Of a DNA stretch of 64,000 nucleotides, positions 1-8,167 are shown piece after piece (the stretch's first letter is position 1; every line of letters begins with the position of its first letter). A program made the position numbers and the translations under genes. The notes below the pieces were generated by a model that saw only the letters and a program-made list of their open reading frames with translations, searched no databases and had not been told where the DNA came from. Source of the DNA: Anaerolineae bacterium (GTDB lineage Bacteria > Chloroflexota > Anaerolineae > Anaerolineales > Villigracilaceae); contig JABGQU010000001.1 in assembly GCA_018648605.1 (NCBI GenBank), forward strand, positions 3,390 to 67,389. Direction: 5' to 3'.

Positions 1-2
1 AT

Positions 3-1262
3 ATTGCCAATTATTTGACCGCTCTAAACAATAATAGGAAGAGAACTTTATTATATTTTGGGGGCATCTTAATCTTTCTGCTCTTGTGGGTGAAACTCTT
101 GCCTCCTGATGGTGTTTTTGCGCGCTTTACGCTGGAATATTATATGTTTGTCTTGCGAAAATTCGTCACAGCGCCACACCTAAATATTATCTCAGCCCTG
201 GCTGGGCCGTTGTTCAGCCCGAGTAAGAGTGTTTTCTTATATTCGCCGGCAATAATTCTTTCTCTTTTAGGATTGCTCTATAACTTTAAGCTGGCTTGGT
301 CATCCTGGCTCTACTTATTCCTGCTCATCATTGGTCAAGCGTTGTTCTATGATGAAAACTGGTTCGGACATATCAATTGGGGCTTACGTTTCCTGGTGCC
401 ATCGCTACCCTTACTTATTATTGCTGCAGCTCCTGTAGTTGAGCGTTGCTGGGTGACAAAAAAAGGCCAAATAAGTTTAATTATTATTGGGTCTGTTTCT
501 GTTCTAGTTCAGCTAATAGGAGTTTTGCCCCCCGTGAAAGGGTACTATATTGAGATGACTAGTATTGCCACGCCTGAACTTGCCTCACTAACCACTTGGA
601 GCTTTAAATATTCTGCGTTAGTCTGGCATCTGAAATGGATTCTCTCGGGTGGCTATTTTGATTTACCAGTGATGCGGATAGGGGGACGTATTATTCCGGT
701 CTTACTTGGTTTCTCTACTCTCCTTGGGCTTGCAGTAATTGGATTATTAAAAGGCTTACGGCCATGGCTTCAGATAAGTTCGTTATTATTATGTGTTTAT
801 ATGATGATTCTGATGCTTTTTAGTTATTCAGAGGATCCCGCTTACTTTTATTCACGGTACGATTTGGAAGCTGCTCAGGAAAAAATTTCCGAGAATTACC
901 GCCCGGGAGACACCGTTCTTATAAAGTCCTATGGAACACCCGCTTGGTACTACTGGATGAATTGGAGCAACCCCGATATCCAATGGATATCCTTACCTTT
1001 TTTTTACCCTGCTCCAAGTCTGATAGAAAAACACAACCTAATACCTAACCCAGAGTTGATCATGGACGAATTAACCTTATCTCTACTAAATACTTTGCCG
1101 GGTTCAACGCAACGCATCTGGCTTGTCGCCCCAAGCGATACACCAGGTGCAAGTCTTAACTTGGAAGCAGATTGGTTAGAGAGTCGATCTGTCTCGAGTA
1201 ATAATTGGATATTTACAGCAGGCCCAAACACAACTCGACTTTTTTTGTTCAATAAACACTAA
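3..1262 (+). CDS. Polytopic membrane protein, 5'-truncated at the window edge; possibly the C-terminal part of an ArnT/PMT-type glycosyltransferase (tentative)
   Basis: ORF 15..1262 stays open in the same frame back to base 3, so the true start lies upstream. Many hydrophobic segments are followed by a soluble C-terminal domain. The function is inferred from architecture only. Confidence 0.5.
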   Translation: MANYLTALNNNRKRTLLYFGGILIFLLLWVKLLPPDGVFARFTLEYYMFVLRKFVTAPHLNIISALAGPLFSPSKSVFLYSPAIILSLLGLLYNFKLAWSSWLYLFLLIIGQALFYDENWFGHINWGLRFLVPSLPLLIIAAAPVVERCWVTKKGQISLIIIGSVSVLVQLIGVLPPVKGYYIEMTSIATPELASLTTWSFKYSALVWHLKWILSGGYFDLPVMRIGGRIIPVLLGFSTLLGLAVIGLLKGLRPWLQISSLLLCVYMMILMLFSYSEDPAYFYSRYDLEAAQEKISENYRPGDTVLIKSYGTPAWYYWMNWSNPDIQWISLPFFYPAPSLIEKHNLIPNPELIMDELTLSLLNTLPGSTQRIWLVAPSDTPGASLNLEADWLESRSVSSNNWIFTAGPNTTRLFLFNKH

Positions 1263-2782
1263 CCACGATTTCTTTTCCTGCGTATTTTCCCTCGTCCAAG
1301 TTGCATGAGATTCTCTATCCATGCAGCAAGAGGCTCCGGGGGCAAATAGGCGAGTAGGGGCCAAGGTTCTATGTTGAGTGATTGCAGAACTGCGTTGGCA
1401 GCTTCTATCCCCGTTAGGCAAGCTCTTTCGATGAAAAATGCTGGGGCGGGATGCTGCACCCAGTCACCAGCACAAAAGAGATTTTTCCAAGGGGTGACTG
1501 TGCCGAGGTGCTTATCTTTAGCGCCAACCGCAGGTAAGGTGTGCGTTGCTGGATTGCGTTGGATATGCGCGAAAATGCGATGCCCGCGCAGCTCAGGCCA
1601 GACGCGTTGCATATCTTGAATCGCTTGAGCAAGAAGGATGGCATCGGGTTGCGCAAGCACTTCGTCAGGACCATAAATATGCGCTTCTATCGCGCTGCCT
1701 CCGGTTTCGCGCGCCCAGCGTCTAAAAGGATTAGAGAGCTTATCTAGCCAGAAATAATTATGCAGCGTGAACTCGCCTGTAAAAATCCCGGCTTCTGCAC
1801 CCGCTTTTGGATGCGCATCAAACCATAATCGAATAACAGCATTGGCTAACGAGCGTGGGAAGAAAAGCTCATCCGGATTCAAATTCTCTTCGATAAGGTT
1901 TTCAGCATTCTTTGAGTCAGTTGCCAGGATGAGATGCTGCGCACGAGCGGATTCCTGCCCTTGAGCCGTTTCCCATACGACCAGCCACTCTCCCCGCTCC
2001 CTAATAACTTGTGTAACGCTCGCCCCGAGGAATATGCTCCCGTTTAAATTGCGAATTCTGTCCCCGAGTGGTTCGCAGATACTTGTGCCCCCATCTTCAG
2101 GGAGATAGGAAAAAACCCAGGCATCTCGTCGTAGTAGTGTGTAAAACCGCAAAAAGGCCAAGAAACCGGACATTGGCACCTCAGCAGGATGTGATGCGAG
2201 TCCGTTTCGGGCTAAACCGAGAAAGAGAGCGCGTAAGGCGGGCGACCATTTCTTCGTCATATCGCCCAGCGTTAAACCTTCCATTGGTTGTGATTCTGCG
2301 AATGGGTCAATGCCTATGCCCATCACTAATCCTGCCCAAGTGAGGGGGAGAGAAAGCAGGTCGCGTATGTCTAACATCCACAAGAAGCTTGGGCGCAAAA
2401 ATAATGCAAGGTAATGAAAGGGAGGAGGTAAGAAGCTGCGTCGGATCGTTGAGCCGATCTTGGCACTTTTGAGCACATTGCCTTTGCGATAAATCCAGGT
2501 TTCTTCTTCGGCAGGAACAAAGACAGGACGCAGGTTGTGGCGCGCAAGCATGGCTTGGAAATTTCGATATTGAGACCAAATGCCATGCACACCATGTTCC
2601 AGGCGAAACTCGTATCCATTTACTTCGATGATTTCTCCACCTGCGAGCCGTCCCCCAAGGTATTCTGGGTCAGCTTCGAGCACGAGAGGGTGAAGTCCGC
2701 GCTCAGCAAGATGCAAGGCTGCGCTAAGGCCGGCAACACCGCCGCCGATGATGATCGTGTCGTGGTTTTTATCCTGGGCCAT
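1259..2782 (-). CDS. FAD-dependent oxidoreductase, amine-oxidase / phytoene-desaturase superfamily
   Basis: 507-aa ORF. N-terminal dinucleotide-binding fold IIIGGGVAGLSAALHLAERG...LEA...LGGR. C-terminal GDW...ERA segment typical of this superfamily. Last gene of a three-gene operon. Confidence 0.8.
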   Translation of the reverse strand: MAQDKNHDTIIIGGGVAGLSAALHLAERGLHPLVLEADPEYLGGRLAGGEIIEVNGYEFRLEHGVHGIWSQYRNFQAMLARHNLRPVFVPAEEETWIYRKGNVLKSAKIGSTIRRSFLPPPFHYLALFLRPSFLWMLDIRDLLSLPLTWAGLVMGIGIDPFAESQPMEGLTLGDMTKKWSPALRALFLGLARNGLASHPAEVPMSGFLAFLRFYTLLRRDAWVFSYLPEDGGTSICEPLGDRIRNLNGSIFLGASVTQVIRERGEWLVVWETAQGQESARAQHLILATDSKNAENLIEENLNPDELFFPRSLANAVIRLWFDAHPKAGAEAGIFTGEFTLHNYFWLDKLSNPFRRWARETGGSAIEAHIYGPDEVLAQPDAILLAQAIQDMQRVWPELRGHRIFAHIQRNPATHTLPAVGAKDKHLGTVTPWKNLFCAGDWVQHPAPAFFIERACLTGIEAANAVLQSLNIEPWPLLAYLPPEPLAAWIENLMQLGRGKIRRKRNRG

Positions 2783-3809
2783 AAGTTCCTAAGTCGATTC
2801 CTGTGTGTAGGCGCTCCCACGCCCACGAGATGGGGCGTGATTGTATAAGCGAAGGTTCTGCATAGCATTGTTGAAAGCAAGATGTGCAAGATGAGGGAGC
2901 TTCGCCATAACGATCGATTGCCCTTTGCCAGGCTTCGTTCCAGGAGGAGACACCAAGCAAATTGACAGGGCGTCCGCCAATTTCTCCGCCTTCTTTTTCC
3001 ATCGGCAGACAGGGATAGATGAGGCAGCCATCGGGCATGATGCGTGGAATGATCGTGGGGTAACACGCGTAAGGTTCTTGGTTGAGCAGTGTTTTTAGAT
3101 AGGCGTTGCTGCCTAATATCGGTGCGCCATGCTTCTTTAGGTTTATGACGCGCTTGATGAAAGCACGGTATTCTTCTGATATTAGCAAATCAAAATGGGG
3201 CCAGTTATTTACCGCTTGGGGAGAGATGGAAAGCAGAATATGGCTAGTGGTGCAGAATTCAATCAGAGCATCCATGCTGGATAGGGTCTCAGGGGTGATG
3301 ACAGCATTCAGGATGAGTTTGAAGTCGTGTTCTTTTTGAAGAGGTGCTGCTACTTCAATCGCTGCGATAACGCTTTGAGACTGCTCATTAGGCAAGCTGA
3401 CGGCCGCCAACGCGGATGGCTCGACCGAGTCGAGGCTGATGACCAACCTATCTAATAACGGAAGCAAGTTCAAATGCTGAGAGAGAAGCGTCCCGTTGGT
3501 GATTAGGCTTATTTCACGGAAGCGTAAATCCTGACGGGCAAAGAGCATCAAATCGAAAAGGTGTGGAGCGAGCAGGGGGTCGCCACCTGTTATCCACAGA
3601 TTTTTGACACCATCTCGAATAATGCTCAGGATTTTCTTTGCATCATCGAGCGTAGTTGTGACTGCTTCTCCATTGCGACGTGCGCCAAAATCTTCGCAAT
3701 AGGTGCAGTTCAGATTGCAGCGCGTAGTGGCATAATAGATCGCCAAACGTGGATCGAGAGTGGATTGCCCTTGTTTCAGGCGTAGAAAATTACGTAGATA
3801 AGTGGACAT
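2769..3809 (-). CDS. Radical SAM enzyme (MoaA-like core with a Cys-rich C-terminal extension)
   Basis: CX3CX2C motif CNLNCTYC at aa 31-38 and GGDPLL motif. C-terminal cysteines (C..YPC and CTSC..QC) suggest an auxiliary cluster. Overlaps the downstream gene by 14 nt. Confidence 0.85.
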   Translation of the reverse strand: MSTYLRNFLRLKQGQSTLDPRLAIYYATTRCNLNCTYCEDFGARRNGEAVTTTLDDAKKILSIIRDGVKNLWITGGDPLLAPHLFDLMLFARQDLRFREISLITNGTLLSQHLNLLPLLDRLVISLDSVEPSALAAVSLPNEQSQSVIAAIEVAAPLQKEHDFKLILNAVITPETLSSMDALIEFCTTSHILLSISPQAVNNWPHFDLLISEEYRAFIKRVINLKKHGAPILGSNAYLKTLLNQEPYACYPTIIPRIMPDGCLIYPCLPMEKEGGEIGGRPVNLLGVSSWNEAWQRAIDRYGEAPSSCTSCFQQCYAEPSLIQSRPISWAWERLHTGIDLGTYGPG

Positions 3810-3822
3810 GTGTTGGGGTTTC

Positions 3823-4698
3823 TTAGCTCTGGGCTTCCCAGCTGACGATATATTCGGTTAAAGGATTAGGATGCTTGGCAAGCTCGTCTTCCACGATCCA
3901 TTTCCCTTTCAGATTATTTTCTCTCGCCGTCAACTCAAAATGACACATGGCGATGCCTATATCCAGACGCTGCAAATCGCACAGATCTAAAATGCGCTTG
4001 ATCAGGTCTTTTCGATAACCTGGTGTGCGCCGCAAGTAGAAACGCCAGATTTGATTATGTCTCAGGATGCGCCAAGGCTGTTTATTGGAGGCTGATGGCC
4101 CGGCTCGCACCATTTCCAGCGCGGTTGTATATTTTGCGGCTTCGTTTTGAAATAAGGGCGTGCTGAATAGGAAATTGAAGAATAGTTCATCCCAAGGCAG
4201 GCGTAGGTGAGCACCTGCCGTTCGACTGACCAGCCCCTGACGTTTTTGTTCAGTTGCGGTGTATTCCCCCAGAGAAGTCACTGCCGGCATGGTTTCGGAA
4301 TTAGATAAATTTATCTTTTTGGCAAAGCGGCTTTTTGTGAATGTGCCGCCCAGCCAACACGTTCCCAGATCAAGACTGGTGGCGTACAGGATAATGGCTT
4401 CCATCAGATAACCGTAATCTTCAAGGTCATATTCCGATGGGCTCATCGCGCCCAAAATAAAGGCAGACGGGCTCTTGATGAAGCCATAAGTGCCCAACCC
4501 TCGCAGGGATTTGCTATCCGTTTCGGTGGCAGCCAGTAGATCAAAACGTGGACGTGAGCCAAAGGGGCCGGGGGGCAGCGCTTCAATGAATGCCTGAAGT
4601 TGCGCTTGTTTGCTAGCACTGACCGGTTTATGCTGATAATTTCGGCATGAAAAGCGGCGTCTAATAATTTCTGTGATGGGGGCGTTGAATTGCAACAT
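3823..4698 (-). CDS. Nitroreductase-fold protein (TM1586-like family)
   Basis: 291-aa ORF. N-terminal RRRFSCRNY and later NKQPWR motifs are typical of the nitroreductase/FMN fold. First gene of the operon, 13 nt upstream of the radical SAM gene. Confidence 0.7.
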   Translation of the reverse strand: MLQFNAPITEIIRRRFSCRNYQHKPVSASKQAQLQAFIEALPPGPFGSRPRFDLLAATETDSKSLRGLGTYGFIKSPSAFILGAMSPSEYDLEDYGYLMEAIILYATSLDLGTCWLGGTFTKSRFAKKINLSNSETMPAVTSLGEYTATEQKRQGLVSRTAGAHLRLPWDELFFNFLFSTPLFQNEAAKYTTALEMVRAGPSASNKQPWRILRHNQIWRFYLRRTPGYRKDLIKRILDLCDLQRLDIGIAMCHFELTARENNLKGKWIVEDELAKHPNPLTEYIVSWEAQS

Positions 4699-4827
4699 GC
4701 CGATATTATAGACCTTAATCTAGGAATTTAGATAAAAGAGAGTTATTCGGGAGCTAGCTTATGGAATAAGTGGTAGAAAAAACAGCGTAAATTTGTCGAC
4801 AATAATGGTAAAATAACACACTTTCCT

Positions 4828-6156
4828 ATGTCTGACTTTAATCTCGTAAACTTACTTCTTCTTGTGTTGCTTGTTGGGGTGATTTGTACTTTGGGGGCAG
4901 TTCTTTGGCGTGGAAAAAAACGGGGAGAAAAAACGAAACAAGAAATTCAATCTATTCAAGATCAATTAAAAGCCAGTTTCTCCCTTAGCGGATATCTGTT
5001 GGATGCTCATGATGAAGCAGCTGTTGTTCTGGTAGCCATGCGTTCCGGGCATGAATTAATAGGTGCCGGAGGCTGTGCTTTTGTTCCCTTTAGTGAATGG
5101 GAGAAAACGTTGCCGGTTTTGCAGCATGGCAATTTGCGCTTTATACATGAACCAGCCTGGCAAACACGTTTATCTGAACCGGCTACTCGACATATCTGTC
5201 GAAATTGCTCAAAGAAAGAGTCTGGTGCGGGATGTGTCCTTTTGCAAGGCCCTGTCGATGCGGAGAATGTTTATTGTGTATCTCTGCGCTGTTCTGGGCG
5301 CGTGATCGGTGTGATCAGTTACTTTTTTACTGAGCCTCCAGAAATTACTGAAGATCAGCAACTTTTTTTGTCGGAATTGGTACGAGTTACTGACCTGACG
5401 CTGGATGCGTTCCGTATGCGTTCTCGTGAATTGAGCTCGCGCCCTTATCTTCAGGAGTCTGCGGTTTTGGAGAAAGAATTGGCTGCCTTAACTGTTGAAA
5501 GCCAAAATTTGCTGCATCAACTTGAATATCAAGCTGTGCTAAATGAGCGCACACGTCTGGCGCGTGAAATCCACGATGGTCTGGCGCAGACACTGGCTTT
5601 TTTGAAGATGGAAACAGTGCGCATGCAGATGCATATTTCAAAAGGGGAAGTGGCATCGATCAACCAAACCTTGCAGGCTTGTCACCAAACCTTATCAGAC
5701 GCTTATCTGGACGCACGCCAAGCCATTGACAATCTACGGCGTGCTCCAGATGAGAGTTTGACTGACTGGCTGGAGATGACAACTTCCGATTTTAGCACTC
5801 TAACGGGTTTGTCAATTGACATTTCTAATGTCAAGTTAGCACATGTCTTTCCAAATCGTATTAAGGCACAGCTCTGTCGTATTGCGCAAGAGGCGTTAAC
5901 GAATATCCGCAAACATGCGCAGGCTAGCATGGTGACGATCTCAGCCCTCCAGCATGGCGACGAAGTTATTCTTGAAATAACAGATGATGGTTGTGGATTT
6001 ACACCGGTTGATGTGCGCTCCGCTTCAATGTATGGATTGCGTAGTATGCGTGAACGCGCGGAATCGATCAGCGCGGATTTTCAAATTGTTAGCGCTCCTG
6101 AAACGGGCACTACTATTCGGCTTCATATCCCAACCAGCGAAAAGATAAACTCATGA
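4828..6156 (+). CDS. Sensor histidine kinase, HisKA_3 (NarX/NreB-like) class, with one N-terminal TM helix and a Cys-rich cytoplasmic sensor region
   Basis: H-box EIHDGLAQTL. ATPase boxes EALTNIRKHA, DDGCGF and GLRSMRERA. Cysteines at aa 83, 124, 127, 136, 150 and 155. The stop overlaps the regulator start (ATGA). Confidence 0.85.
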   Translation: MSDFNLVNLLLLVLLVGVICTLGAVLWRGKKRGEKTKQEIQSIQDQLKASFSLSGYLLDAHDEAAVVLVAMRSGHELIGAGGCAFVPFSEWEKTLPVLQHGNLRFIHEPAWQTRLSEPATRHICRNCSKKESGAGCVLLQGPVDAENVYCVSLRCSGRVIGVISYFFTEPPEITEDQQLFLSELVRVTDLTLDAFRMRSRELSSRPYLQESAVLEKELAALTVESQNLLHQLEYQAVLNERTRLAREIHDGLAQTLAFLKMETVRMQMHISKGEVASINQTLQACHQTLSDAYLDARQAIDNLRRAPDESLTDWLEMTTSDFSTLTGLSIDISNVKLAHVFPNRIKAQLCRIAQEALTNIRKHAQASMVTISALQHGDEVILEITDDGCGFTPVDVRSASMYGLRSMRERAESISADFQIVSAPETGTTIRLHIPTSEKINS

Positions 6157-6803
6157 GTAAGACTATTCGGGTTGTTGTGGTTGATGACCACACCCTTTTT
6201 CGGCATGGGATAATTGGGTTGCTGTCTGAAATGCAGGATATTCAAGTGGTTGGTAATGCTCCCAATGGCAAGGATGCTCTTGATATTATTGCTCGCACCA
6301 AACCAGATCTTGTCTTGTTAGATGTTAACATGCCCGTTATGGATGGCGTTGAAACCGTTAAAATATTGCGAGCGCGTGAAAAATGTCGAGTTTTGATGTT
6401 AACCATCTCCGAACAACACCATGATTTAATTGGAGCAATTCAGGCCGGTGCCGATGGTTATTTGCTTAAAAACGCAGAGCCAGCCGAATTGCGCAATGCG
6501 ATCACTCTCATTATGGAGGGGAAGTCGGTAATTTCTCCTGAAGTTACTCGTCAAGTTTTCAACGTAGTTGGCAGTTCTTTAGATGGTTCAAATGCAACTC
6601 CTGATCTGACTCCACGAGAGCTGGATGTCCTGCAATGTCTTGCCCATGGAAAGACCACGGCTCAAATTTCAAAACAATTATTTATTTCCAGCAATACAGT
6701 TAAGACCCATGTACGTAAAATACTAGATAAACTTGGTGCATCAAATAGAGCTGAAGCGGTGAATAAAGCAGCTCGGTATGATCTAATTATTTCAAAGGAG
6801 TAG
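6153..6803 (+). CDS. Response regulator, NarL/LuxR family
   Basis: Receiver domain (VVVDDH...LVLLDVNMPVMDG) plus a C-terminal LuxR-type HTH (LTPRELDVLQCLAHGKTTAQISKQLFISSNTVKTHVRKILDKLG). Confidence 0.9.
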   Translation: MSKTIRVVVVDDHTLFRHGIIGLLSEMQDIQVVGNAPNGKDALDIIARTKPDLVLLDVNMPVMDGVETVKILRAREKCRVLMLTISEQHHDLIGAIQAGADGYLLKNAEPAELRNAITLIMEGKSVISPEVTRQVFNVVGSSLDGSNATPDLTPRELDVLQCLAHGKTTAQISKQLFISSNTVKTHVRKILDKLGASNRAEAVNKAARYDLIISKE

Positions 6804-6809
6804 TTTTTA

Positions 6810-7985
6810 ATGTTAGGGAATGACAGTAAGACGAAAATTTTCTGGTGGATGCTCATCGCAAGTATGCTGAGCATCTTTTTTATGACCGGTTGTGCTACAT
6901 CTGGTTTAGACAGCGAAATTCTATTAGATGGTGAGAATCTCGTTGAGCAGTGGCGCTTTGATTCGGGCGGTGCGATCAATCAGACACCGCTTCGTGTAGG
7001 TGACGTTGTCGTTTTTGTTCCACATAACGGTACGCTCACCGCCTTGGACGCCACGACCGGAGAATTACGCTGGACGCTTGAATCCGAATTGGATGTTTGG
7101 GAGCGCGCCTATACAACGGATGGAAAATATATTTTTGTAGCTCTGGAAGATGGAAGGCTTCTTGCGCTTGATGCTCGCTCCGGTAAAACACGTTGGGATG
7201 TGGACTTAGGCATAAACGTTCAGGTTCGCCCTCTCGTTGTTGGCAATACCCTTTATGTTCCAACGACTTTTGTTGGTCCGAAATTAACTTCTAATCCCGA
7301 AGGAAAAGCCAAGCTTTTTGTGTTGAATACCGCCGACGGTAGCGAAATTTGGTCTTTTGAGACCGACAACTACATTCTCCAGACACCAACTCTTTTTGGA
7401 GAGGTTGTTTATGCTGGAGGAAGTTACTACGCACCAGAAATTGAAGTAGATGAGGGCGGCCCAATGCGTATTTATGCTTTGGATGCGGAAAATGCTGCAG
7501 AACTCTGGACCTATGAATCTATGGATGGATTCATCAAGAGAATGTATGCTACCGAAAGCTCATTGGCTTATATTGCATATGAAGATTACGCTATCGGTGT
7601 TGATGTACAGACAGGTGAAATGAGTTGGCGGCGTGACACAGGCAATTGGGTACCTTCCATGCTTGGGGTTGGGGATACGGTTTACTTTGGCTCGGCCAAT
7701 ACGGCTATTTATGCTTTTGATACAACCACGGGCGATATAAATTGGCAGCATAATATCCCTGAAGGAACCTTCAATTATGTGATGGGCTCACCAGTACGGG
7801 TGCAGGATGATTTATATGTTCTCACGCAGCATGGCGATATCTTTGCATTAAACGCCTTGGATGGTACCCCCTTATGGCATCTTCCCACAGGCGTTACGCC
7901 CAGAGATGGTCTGGCAGTCTCGGATGGATGGCTCTATTTTGGTGATATAGATGGAATTGTTTACGCATACACATCTGTGGATTAA
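6810..7985 (+). CDS. PQQ-like (BamB-type) beta-propeller repeat lipoprotein
   Basis: Signal peptide with lipobox MTGC. Repeated G.L.ALDA.TG...W motifs (ALDATTGELRW, ALDARSGKTRW, ALNALDGTPLW). SD AAGGAG lies 9 nt upstream. Confidence 0.75.
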   Translation: MLGNDSKTKIFWWMLIASMLSIFFMTGCATSGLDSEILLDGENLVEQWRFDSGGAINQTPLRVGDVVVFVPHNGTLTALDATTGELRWTLESELDVWERAYTTDGKYIFVALEDGRLLALDARSGKTRWDVDLGINVQVRPLVVGNTLYVPTTFVGPKLTSNPEGKAKLFVLNTADGSEIWSFETDNYILQTPTLFGEVVYAGGSYYAPEIEVDEGGPMRIYALDAENAAELWTYESMDGFIKRMYATESSLAYIAYEDYAIGVDVQTGEMSWRRDTGNWVPSMLGVGDTVYFGSANTAIYAFDTTTGDINWQHNIPEGTFNYVMGSPVRVQDDLYVLTQHGDIFALNALDGTPLWHLPTGVTPRDGLAVSDGWLYFGDIDGIVYAYTSVD

Positions 7986-8122
7986 ACTTCTTGGCGCGCA
8001 GCGCTCTTGCTTTTGGCTTGCTCGGCTTACGAGGACAAGTGTGCCTCACCCAATGCGCGTACCGGTTAATTAAAAGGTAGCAAGTTGAAATCCGAGGGCG
8101 ATGCGAAAGATTTAAATAAAAA

Positions 8123-8158
8123 AGTGCGCCGCAATTATTTGCGGCGCACTTTTCTTTT
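8123..8158. terminator. Bidirectional intrinsic terminator between convergent genes
   Basis: Perfect 12-bp stem AGTGCGCCGCAA / TTGCGGCGCACT with loop TTAT. A-run upstream and TTTCTTTTC downstream. Confidence 0.7.
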
Positions 8159-8167
8159 CAGTCAGGG

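Noticed and set aside
2769-3809. The radical SAM enzyme as a RiPP maturase.
   Set aside because: No short precursor-peptide ORF, leader-recognition (RRE) domain, transporter or peptidase accompanies it. The partners are flavoenzymes instead.
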